Below, piece by piece: positions 32,068-41,279 of a DNA stretch of 64,000 nucleotides. Below the pieces are notes generated by a model that was not told where the DNA came from, ran no database searches, and was given only the letters and a program-made list of their open reading frames with translations. Within the stretch, counting starts at the first letter, position 1, and the number at the start of each line of letters is the position of its first letter. Origin of the DNA: a virus. The translations under genes and the position numbers were made by a program. The stretch is from positions 1 through 64,000 of the IMG/VR virus record IMGVR_UViG_3300009163_003337; one strand, written 5' to 3'.

Positions 32068-33147
32068 TTTAGTAATCTACTTTCAAGGCTATCTTTTCTT
32101 AACGAGCAGTTTAAGCTAGGTAAGCCAGAGACAAAGGTGTTAAATCCAATAATTGCATCACTTAAGCATCCAACTATTTTGGATAAAAAGCCCGCGAATT
32201 CGTATTTAAAGAACTTGGTAAAAATTACTGCACTGTCGAGATTAGATCTAATAACGAATGAGCAATTTAGTATACTTAAAAGGAAAGCTGCATCTGTAAC
32301 GTATATTACTAATAAGTTAAAAGAATTTGGGCTATATGATAAGTTATTTAAAGATGATGCCACAATAGATGAGGTCAATAATTTTGTTATTGATAACGCT
32401 AGAATGCTTGTTGGTTTTGCTGCTAAGCAAATGCCTGGCGGTGGTTATGACTTACCTGATGAGGGTCTAGAGCCTGAAGAAATAGCGAGAGAGGTAGTGC
32501 AAGATTTGAGTCAAGATATAGATGACTATTCAGAGTAATTTTCAGATGCATATCAAATTGAAATTAAGTTTGCAAAGCGTACGTCAGAAATTGTTGTTAC
32601 AAAGGTAGCAGAGTTGCTAAAATCTATAACATCAAACGATGATGTTATAGACATCGATGAAACAAATGGTGCTATTGATATAATTGTAGCAAAAAATACT
32701 GCATTAGATAACAGATTAGATAAAGCTGTAAAGTTAAATAATCCAACTCAAACATTTGACCAAATTGAAAGGGATATAGAGGGCTATATACACAGTAAGG
32801 CAAATATAGATGTTGTAGTTCAAGTAATGGGTCCGGACAAAGAAGCTGTATCTAATTTATCTAATAACGGTTATGAAGACGAAGAGATGTATGGTGAAGA
32901 GGAAGCTGAAGATCAAACAAATCAGGTAGGTAATTGGACAATTGAGGAGCTAGAGGGATTGGGTATAATAATGCCAAGATATACAGGTGGTAAAACACCA
33001 ATTGAAGAAAGATCAGTACTTAACTATATGTCAGAACAGAAAGTATATAATACTCCAAAGCTCGTTGTTGAATCGCAGAGCTTTAAAGACAAATTTAAGC
33101 CAAAGACATCTAAGCAATTGGCTGAGTTAAGAAATTACGGAATGTAA
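32059..33147 (+). CDS. Acidic hypothetical late protein interrupted by one in-frame TAA (32536-32538)
   Basis: The two track ORFs share a frame, and the gap reads open after the stop (SE*FSDAYQIEIKF...). Confidence 0.6.
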
Positions 33148-33953
33148 CATCCTTTAGCTTCATAAATCTCATTCAGCTTTTCTTGCTGAAGATACTCAAT
33201 AGGGTCTCTAAATCCAGCCTCAATAAAGCCAGCTAATCTCAAACTACTTGAAGGGGTAGTAGCATCAGCTAAACCATCTCCACGATTAGAATAGCATGTC
33301 CATGTGTCTTTGAAGTTTACCCCAAGCTCTACACCCTGCCTTACAATATCAGCTTTCGACATGGAGAGCAGTGGAGCTCCCACGTTAATCCTATGTTGTC
33401 TGTTAAGTGATACTAAGCTGTTTACACTATCAACAAACTCTTGACTACCATCCCAATAACCGGCTAAAGAGTCTACTTGAGCAGCACCATACCATACTGT
33501 ATCTGCTCTAAGGCTTTCTGCATAAGCACAGCAGATCGTAATAAACATCTGATTCCTAAACGGTACATATGATACAGGTTGTGCATCACCTGCGATTTTA
33601 CTAATATCAGGGTTATCAATCTCTTCATTAGTGAGAGATGAAGTAGGTGAGATATTTTTTAAATATGTTACATCTAATGTTTTATTTGTAATAATAACAT
33701 TAGGATATTTCTCTTTAATAAGTTGATATTGAACACCCATGCACTCTAATTCCCTACTATGTCTTTGACCGTAATCAAAGGATACAGTATGGAGCTCTTT
33801 TACGCCACCTGCAGCAGCGATGTGTAATAGTAACGTTGAATCCATTCCACCTGAAAATGCCAAAACAAGCTTTTCTGGTGGTTTAGGCGCTACATAACCG
33901 ATTGATTTCTCATAGTCTGTTAAAATTTCTGATATACTTTTATCTTTATTCAT
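33135..33953 (-). CDS. queC: 7-cyano-7-deazaguanine synthase
   Basis: SGGMDS, FDYGQRH..E, YVPFRN, Y.D...EF, PL..MSK..IV, TW.CY. Confidence 0.92.
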   Translation of the reverse strand: MNKDKSISEILTDYEKSIGYVAPKPPEKLVLAFSGGMDSTLLLHIAAAGGVKELHTVSFDYGQRHSRELECMGVQYQLIKEKYPNVIITNKTLDVTYLKNISPTSSLTNEEIDNPDISKIAGDAQPVSYVPFRNQMFITICCAYAESLRADTVWYGAAQVDSLAGYWDGSQEFVDSVNSLVSLNRQHRINVGAPLLSMSKADIVRQGVELGVNFKDTWTCYSNRGDGLADATTPSSSLRLAGFIEAGFRDPIEYLQQEKLNEIYEAKGCYIP

Positions 33954-35061
33954 TATCTTCTGTTGTAATTACTTCTTCTGGTACTTCATGTTCATCGTTA
34001 GAGTATGACCACTCCTTTTTAATCTTTAACTCAAGCTTAGGAATAATAGTTTCTTCCCAAAGCTTTGTATCTTTGCGCCAGTTACGATAGTATCCTAGCT
34101 TAGTTCCGTCCTCTAGAGTATATGTAGCACCACCTTGAATGACGATACCGTGACCTACTGCAAGATCGAGTAACCCATAGTAACGATCAAGTCCTGTAGA
34201 GAATGATAAGAACATTTCACCTTCAAGATACTGTTTAATGAAGCGATTCTTACGAGTAAGAGCTCTAATAATAATACCAGAGTAGTTTTTTTGACCTACA
34301 GCAAGTGTAGTATCAGTAGTCTTACCTCCGTCATCTTTTACTGGCTTTCGAGCTAGTTGAACTGTAACAGATGGAAGGTATACACACGCTTTGCCACCTG
34401 GCATATTTTTTTCAATCGATGGAAACATTGCTGTCGGGTCGTCATAAACGTGATTTGTCAGCAAAATCGTAGTCTGCGTTACAGATCCTAAGTTAGTGCA
34501 TGTTTGCAGTAGGGTCTTCATTGCTCTAGCTTTTGAGCCCATATCTGAACTCGTACTCTCTTTACCCATTCGTGAATGCTCAAGTTCAGATTGAAGATTA
34601 CCAAGTGAGTCGATGGCTACTATAAACTTACCTTGTAGTTTTTTTTCTTGTACTGTAGTTAAAAACTTATACAGAGCATTCCGTGTCTGCTCAATACTAA
34701 CACATGGAACATATTTGACTTTGGATACATCAAGACCGAGCCTTTCAGCACCGTCGCTGTCTACAGCATTTTCTGTGTCAAAAATAACAGGAATAAGACC
34801 TTCCTTTTGTGCACTAGCAAGGATTTTTTGTACAAATAAAGATTTACCAGTCATACTCTCACCTGCCAGCATAACTACCCTACCTTTAGGTATACCACCA
34901 TATACGGATCCTGATATAATTGCATTAAGAACGTAGCTTCCCGTATCTATCCAACCTGAAACTCTACTTAGGGTATTATCACTCAGGTAAGTCGCAAATG
35001 GGTTAACTTCATCTATAGAGTCTAATGCCTTCTCAATATCCTTATCCTCAAATCTACTCAT
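33946..35061 (-). CDS. uvsX: RecA-like recombinase
   Basis: DTGSY.LN, GESMTGKS, FDTE.A, IDSLG, DMG.+A, NH.Y, GG. Confidence 0.93.
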   Translation of the reverse strand: MSRFEDKDIEKALDSIDEVNPFATYLSDNTLSRVSGWIDTGSYVLNAIISGSVYGGIPKGRVVMLAGESMTGKSLFVQKILASAQKEGLIPVIFDTENAVDSDGAERLGLDVSKVKYVPCVSIEQTRNALYKFLTTVQEKKLQGKFIVAIDSLGNLQSELEHSRMGKESTSSDMGSKARAMKTLLQTCTNLGSVTQTTILLTNHVYDDPTAMFPSIEKNMPGGKACVYLPSVTVQLARKPVKDDGGKTTDTTLAVGQKNYSGIIIRALTRKNRFIKQYLEGEMFLSFSTGLDRYYGLLDLAVGHGIVIQGGATYTLEDGTKLGYYRNWRKDTKLWEETIIPKLELKIKKEWSYSNDEHEVPEEVITTEDNE

Positions 35062-35147
35062 ATCTATATATTATAGTAATAAACATACAAATCAACATAA
35101 ATATAATTGTAGTTCACGGAATCCTACCTCCTAACTACTCTATTGTT

Positions 35148-35882
35148 ATGAAATTAAACCAACAGCATGAACCTATTTATACACCTTATTGCTATTTAAT
35201 AGGGTGGTCAAAGCAAAACAAATTTTATTACGGTGTTAGGTATTCAAGAAAACTAAACTGTATTTACGAATATGGGTGTCATCCAGATGATCTATGGGTA
35301 TCATATTTTACTTCTTCTAAATATGTTAAAGACTATAGATTAATGTATGGAGAACCTGATATTATACAAGTAAGACGTACTTTTAAAAATATTAAAAGTG
35401 CTTTATTATGGGAGTCTAGAGTTATTAAATATGTTAAATCTAAATCTAATAATAAATGGCTAAATAAAAATTGCGGAAGTGCTGTTTATTGGGATGATGA
35501 ATTAAGACAAAGAGTTACAGGTAGAGTAGGTAGTCGGAAAAATAGAACAATGCAGGAAATGCAACCAGGTTGGGTTAATCCTGTTAAAGGTAAGACATCG
35601 AAGGAGAGGTATAAAGGTGATTGGGTATGTTATAGAAAAGGAAAGTCAATACAGGAGATATGGGGAGATGATTATATAGATCCAAGAAGTATTCCATTTA
35701 TTATTATATCTCAATTTTTAGGTGAGCTTAAATTTAATAATGTAACTGACTGCATAAGATTGACAGGTTTGGATGGTATTAGTATTATCAATCTAAAACG
35801 AACCGGTGTTCGTAAAATTCGTCGCCGATTAACTACGAAGCATATTTTTACAGAGGGGGATATACTTTACTTTAAAAAATAA
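35148..35882 (+). mobile_element. Free-standing GIY-YIG-like (Seg-type) homing endonuclease
   Basis: PY.YLIGW....FYYG.RY, YFTSS..V, A..WE.RV, WLNKN; C-terminal KG+T.+E repeats; antisense to its neighbours. Confidence 0.7.
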
Positions 35883-35905
35883 AAATTCACTTTAAAAATC
35901 AATAT

Positions 35906-35941
35906 AAAAAAGAACCTCTCTTGGTGCGCATTATTAAGAGG
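35906..35941 (-). terminator. Putative intrinsic terminator
   Basis: CTCTT/AAGAG-based stem followed by a T-run on the - strand. Confidence 0.4.
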
Positions 35942-35958
35942 CGTGGGAGGTGTTGTTT

Positions 35959-36003
35959 AAAAAACACCCTCGAAAGTGTGCTTAAATCAGAGGCATCGAG
36001 GGT
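35959..36003 (-). terminator. Putative intrinsic terminator
   Basis: Perfect 8-bp inverted repeat ACCCTCGA/TCGAGGGT, then GTTTTTT on the - strand, just after ORF 36023-36370. Confidence 0.55.
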
Positions 36004-36022
36004 CTGCTAAATTTATTTATTC

Positions 36023-36370
36023 TCAGTCTTCAAAAAGTTTGATAACTTCTGCATCTCCTTGTGGAGCTTGTTGAGGTACAGGGGAATTAATGCCATGATA
36101 TTGTGTAATAATCTTGCTATCTAATTTAACACTAGTTAGCACAATAGAGGCTTTGTTGAAGGTCCAGTGATTTGCTGTTCGGGATTCAGGTGCTAGAAAT
36201 TCCATAAAAATATATGGAATTGATTGAACTTGAAGTTGACCGGTTTGTTGGTTTGGCTGTACGTGTACAATTACAGGATTATCAAGTGTTAGTGTTGTCT
36301 CTGTCTGGGATACCTCAATCCCGATAACAGTACGACCGATGTGATCTACGATGGTTGTTATATTACTCAT
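36023..36370 (-). CDS. Hypothetical beta-rich protein
   Basis: Clean ORF, D.IGRT+IG...L.NP; possibly an Sm-like fold. Confidence 0.65.
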   Translation of the reverse strand: MSNITTIVDHIGRTVIGIEVSQTETTLTLDNPVIVHVQPNQQTGQLQVQSIPYIFMEFLAPESRTANHWTFNKASIVLTSVKLDSKIITQYHGINSPVPQQAPQGDAEVIKLFED

Positions 36371-36395
36371 AATATGATATATTATATATTAAAAA

Positions 36396-36632
36396 TTAAT
36401 TTTCAACTTTCTTTTTTGACAAAGCTTTATCTACTTCTGATTTCCAATTTAAGAGTCCACGCCTCATACTCTCAATACCAGTGTGATTATTAATACCAGA
36501 GCCATCATCGTTTCCCATCATAATATTAGAGATAATTTCAAGTACGCTTGTAATTCCGTTATGTTTACCACGCCAGAATGCTGGATGAGCTCTTGGTGTA
36601 TTATCGTGTTCAGGTTGATCTAAATATTCCAT
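36396..36632 (-). CDS. Hypothetical protein
   Basis: D.T..AHPA.WRG-type ORF. Confidence 0.6.
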   Translation of the reverse strand: MEYLDQPEHDNTPRAHPAFWRGKHNGITSVLEIISNIMMGNDDGSGINNHTGIESMRRGLLNWKSEVDKALSKKKVEN

Positions 36633-36687
36633 ATTAACTATAATTAGTAATATGCTTTAAAAATGCAACATATTAATAAATAATTAT

Positions 36688-37227
36688 ATGAGAAAGCAAA
36701 GTGATTGGATTTTATTAGAGCAAGCCTATGTGCAGGTACATGAAGGTGTTGCAGGGGATATGATAATTAAAGCTGGGGCTTTTCTTGTTAAAAAATTACA
36801 AGAAGCTGATTCAAAAATGTTTAAAGAATTACAAGAGATAGTAAGTAATAAAGATGTACAAGCTTTAGATAAAATTATGAATCAACCCCAAGTACAGCAA
36901 GCTAAAGAGTACTTTTCACAACCAATACAAGAATCAGTTTTTGGTAATGCTGGTAAAATAATTAAAAAAATATATGGTTATTTTATGAATACTTCAAAGG
37001 GTGGAGGTGTGGCTCTGTATATTTTTGGTGCGTTAAGTTTGCTAATAGCTTTATATTTAAAAAATACGGATGATTTCGCCATACGAGCAAGTGTTGAATT
37101 TACAGATGTGCTTATTAAATTTTTTACAGCAGCGGGAATTGCTGAATTAGGTCTGGGAGGTTATAGTAGATTAGATTCTAATCATTTTGACAACAGACCA
37201 AAAGAAAATGGAAAAGTAAAGTATTAA
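36688..37227 (+). CDS. Hypothetical late membrane protein
   Basis: AATAAATA 5 nt upstream; D..LLEQAY N-terminus; two hydrophobic Gly/Ala segments. Confidence 0.6.
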   Translation: MRKQSDWILLEQAYVQVHEGVAGDMIIKAGAFLVKKLQEADSKMFKELQEIVSNKDVQALDKIMNQPQVQQAKEYFSQPIQESVFGNAGKIIKKIYGYFMNTSKGGGVALYIFGALSLLIALYLKNTDDFAIRASVEFTDVLIKFFTAAGIAELGLGGYSRLDSNHFDNRPKENGKVKY

Positions 37228-39949
37228 AAGCTAAATAAATCACTTAACTCGGTCTGAACATTATCGGTTGGCTTTCTTATACGCCACTTAACCGAATCGT
37301 AAAAGCGTTCTATAGAGTTAAAAAGAATTTTTTCAAACATTAGTTCGTAGTCTATCTTAAACACTGACTTAAACTCGCTTATATATTCATTCTTAAATCC
37401 AATAGACGTAATACCATATTTATTTTGCTTTTCAACATATAAATAACGTATCTTATCACCAGAAGAAATAAGATCCGCTCTACCTCCCAGTTTTTGCATA
37501 ATTAAATTATGATAGTATGCAGATTTAACGTGTATCGGCATACCTCTTACTATGCTAAACTCTCTACACAGCGGAGCGTATTTTTCATAACCCTTTATAC
37601 CCATAACAAACGCAATTTCTTCCGGCTGTAGACCTTTAAATATTGCAAACGTCTCATTTAACACCTTGTTCGTTGTATTCTGAGATTGTGTTAACATCAT
37701 TGTCTCAATTATCTTCTTAGCATACGGCTTAATAGCATTAGGCATAGTCGTACGAACAACCTCTACACCAGTATACTTAAATTTATCAACCTTAATACCT
37801 TCATCATCAAGAATATGCATAACATATCTCTTTTTCTGTAAAAATAAGGCGACATCCGCAATACACTCACGCTTGAATACAAATCTACTATCTAAAGTAA
37901 GCAATTCTTTCTTAGCCCACGTAGTAATTCCTACATTTAAATAATTCTCTAGATCATTAACAGTTTCATAAAACTTATCCGAGATAACCTCACCATTCTT
38001 TAGAGGTACCGCTGATTTAATACATTCTAATGAAAAATAACAACTATCAGTATCAGAATACACCCAGCTTTCCTCTAATATATGTTCATCGGTTATGTTA
38101 AAGTTTGTAGTTAAGTATTTTTGTAGTAGTTTACCTGCTTGCTTAATGACAGCTTGACCAGTTAAAGTTACTGATGATGCAATATCGTCGTCACCAATAG
38201 GGGCTTGTTTATTTCCCATATATCCGTAACAAGAATTGCAGAGAATTTTAATAACCATCTGCTTGGTATTAAGTCGCTCTACTTCAAACTTTAAGGCACG
38301 GTATTCTGTATCAGATTCCTTTAACTTACTGAGTCTTTCCTTAACTTTAAATAATTCAGCCTTAATTACTACACGCTCACTATAGTAATGATCTAGAAAC
38401 TCCGGTATAATACCTTTTTTCTTCTGAGAGAACAAAAACCCTGCTTTAGTTAATGATAATTGCTCTTTTTTAATTAATAGTTTAAGCTTATCTGTAGTAA
38501 GAGCGAAGGTTTTACCTGAAACATGATGAAGATTAATAATATCACCTGTTTTATCTATACGACCAACTTTAGTCTCCGGTGAAAGATTTAAAGCTATCAT
38601 TACATTAGGGTAAAGTGAGTTTGCATCGAACGACACTACATTTTCTTTAAAACCTCTTTTCGGCTCAGCTACATAGGCACCTGGATTCTTACCCTCAGCA
38701 GCAGATCGTACAAAGGTTGATAAAATTTCACCTCGTTTTCTTGCCTTAATAGCTAATGCACCATTGATAATGGAGATTGTACCCATTGCTGATTCAAGAG
38801 TGGTTAGTCCGACATAGGCCAACATTCTTAGGAGAAATATATATTGCAGTTTTTTCTCTAGTTTGATTAGTAGATTGACGTCTTAATGTTATATTTGACG
38901 AATAGATCCCAATTTACATCAGCAAGAGTAATTATGTTAAGATCACCGTAGTCAGTCTTATGCTCACCTAGCTCTATTTCTGCTATTTCGTTAAGTTTAT
39001 ATGATTCACGAAGATTTAAACAAAATCGCTTGTATATATCAAGATAATCAATACAGGAGATACCACTTATGTAGTATCTTTTAACTTCACGACCGAATTT
39101 ACCACGTATAAGTCTAAAATATACATTACCTACTGGTGAAAGTCTATTTACATGCTCTTGACCGAGTATTTTTTCGGTTCTATTAATAATATAAGGGAAG
39201 TCAAAACCCTCACAATGCCAACCACTTAGTATATCCGGATAGTCAGACTCAATATACTCAAGAAATTTAAGAAGTAGTGCCTTTTCATTCCTACAGTGAT
39301 GATAAATAACATTATCTTCTGTACAGGTATAAGGCGCTAACCCAAATGTATGGAACTTACAGGAGAAGTTATCATAACATGTAATAATGTTAATTGTATG
39401 GTTTGCTTCTTCAGGATTAGGAAAGTTATTATACTTACGCTTGGTAATATATACAGAATTTTGTATTTTTACCCATATCTCCTTTTTTTCATCCCAAACC
39501 GTATGACTCTTACTAAATTTTGACAGCTCTCCTACAGTCGTAGTTGTCTCGATGTCATTTTGCTGAATTTTTACCTTATGGTTAGAGTCATAACTAAGCG
39601 GATCATGCGTTTCTATATCTAAAAAGACTGTCTTTAGTGGATATTGCGAAAATTCAATTGTTTCATTCTCTCTCCAAAAAGTTTCAAGAAGAAACTGCTG
39701 AGCTGTAGGCAAGTTTTCAAATAAGCGCTTATTGCCAGAGTCAGCTATAAACTTAGTTCGATCATATTGCGTATTAAAAACACGCTTTTTAAGTTTGGTT
39801 CCAAAGATAGAGGTCTTATCACCAGTAGGTGACTCTAGATAAAGAAATGGATTAAAAGAGATATCACTGGATATACGACCTCCATTTGTATCCCAGGTTA
39901 ATAGCTTAACAGATTGAGTCTTGCTATTATATATTGCGTTACGGTACAC
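37224..39949 (-). CDS. gp43: Family B DNA polymerase, interrupted by a frameshift near 38884
   Basis: ExoI DIET, ExoII GW.C.GFD.PY, and ExoIII YNI/DV split across frames. Polymerase motifs SFDANSLYP, K...NS.YG, YSDTDS and KKRY. Confidence 0.93.
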
Positions 39950-39954
39950 GCTTT

Positions 39955-39982
39955 ATTATAGTCGATTAATAGTACTTATCAA
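39955..39982 (-). promoter_or_regulatory. Sigma70-like promoter
   Basis: TTGATA-N16-TATAAT, 5 nt before the polymerase GTG. Confidence 0.6.
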
Positions 39983-39986
39983 TATA

Positions 39987-41219
39987 TTATGGGTTATATT
40001 TTCTAAGATATTTACGTTCAGGTGAACCATAGGGGGTATTGAGTGCTTCAATATGGCATCCAATATTAGCATCATGCTCTAGGAATCTCTGCTCACCAAT
40101 ACTTCTATAAAAATCTACATTTCTATAATATGCAGCTCTATTTTTAATAATAGCTTCGATTTTCATTAATAGCTCTGAACCTGTATTAAATTTTAGGTCA
40201 GCAGGTGCATCTTTATATGTTTCCATATCCTGTACGAAGCACGGCAAGCCTAAAACACAAGCTTCAATAAATTTAATATCAGATTTAGAGTTATTAAAAG
40301 AATTATCTTGCAACGGTGCTATCATTACTTGAGCTTCAAGACTTGCGATGAAGCGTGGATACTTATTAAGTGTTTGCCATGGGTGAAATTCAAGTTTTCC
40401 TTGCTGTATTAATGGAAGTAGTGGAGGAGGAAAGGATCCAACAAATACCCACTGATATTTGTCAACTGTTTGACGGACAGCATCAAGAACATGTGAGAAG
40501 TCGTCTATACCGCCATTTTTATTATCGACGTCATAATGTGCACCCGAGCCGGTATACAGTACACGTGGTTTCTTTTTATGCTTATCATAATTATTCCATA
40601 CAATTTGCCTATTAAAGATATGACCCATCCAATGATACGGTACAAAGTTTGGCACTACAGTTATTTCTTTCTTACCAGTGCGTGTTTGATATAATTTACG
40701 CATATAATCACACGTAACTACAACTTCATCACACATATTAATTATATCTATACAGTTTTGACGTATTTCATCCGTGTCAAAGGCAAATTTAAATTTGTTA
40801 TAATTAGGTATATCTTCTCTAAATACGACATCATCAACTTCATATATTAATTTAAATCCACATTCCGCTTGAATCGATTTAAGATATGATATAAAGCTCT
40901 TTTGATCATTAGACGCCTGCCTCTGCACCTTAATACATTTAACACCCATATACCATCGTGGGTCAAAAATCATAGCAGTTTGTGATTGACTACAACCTAT
41001 ACCTTCACTATTAATGTATAATTCTGGCCACAGGATGCGCCAAAACCCACATCCAGAATAGTCCGCAAGGTAGTTTATATATCTAGGTAGTGATAATTCC
41101 GGTGGTTGTTCATGAGCCGGTAATGAAACAATATTATTCGCGTCGTGACCTATAATTCCAACATAAGGAGATACATAAGGAGATACTACTGGAGATGGTC
41201 TTGATGGTACATTTATCAT
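39987..41219 (-). CDS. GT-B fold glycosyltransferase
   Basis: GCG.WR+..P, YE+DD, +APL.DN.FN..KS.IK+IEA..LG.P. Confidence 0.8.
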   Translation of the reverse strand: MINVPSRPSPVVSPYVSPYVGIIGHDANNIVSLPAHEQPPELSLPRYINYLADYSGCGFWRILWPELYINSEGIGCSQSQTAMIFDPRWYMGVKCIKVQRQASNDQKSFISYLKSIQAECGFKLIYEVDDVVFREDIPNYNKFKFAFDTDEIRQNCIDIINMCDEVVVTCDYMRKLYQTRTGKKEITVVPNFVPYHWMGHIFNRQIVWNNYDKHKKKPRVLYTGSGAHYDVDNKNGGIDDFSHVLDAVRQTVDKYQWVFVGSFPPPLLPLIQQGKLEFHPWQTLNKYPRFIASLEAQVMIAPLQDNSFNNSKSDIKFIEACVLGLPCFVQDMETYKDAPADLKFNTGSELLMKIEAIIKNRAAYYRNVDFYRSIGEQRFLEHDANIGCHIEALNTPYGSPERKYLRKYNP

Positions 41220-41279
41220 GCTACATAATTTATATAAGTTTATAAAAAAGTCAATAGATAAAATATTATATATGTTGAG

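Noticed and set aside
38826-38890. Group I intron or programmed frameshift in the polymerase
   Set aside because: The gap codes continuously once one base is added; there is no room for an intron and no slippery heptamer.
41161-41186. 12-nt tandem repeat ACATAAGGAGAT (VSPYVSPY)
   Set aside because: Short in-frame duplication in a low-complexity N-terminus; similar ones occur near 20060 and 46683.
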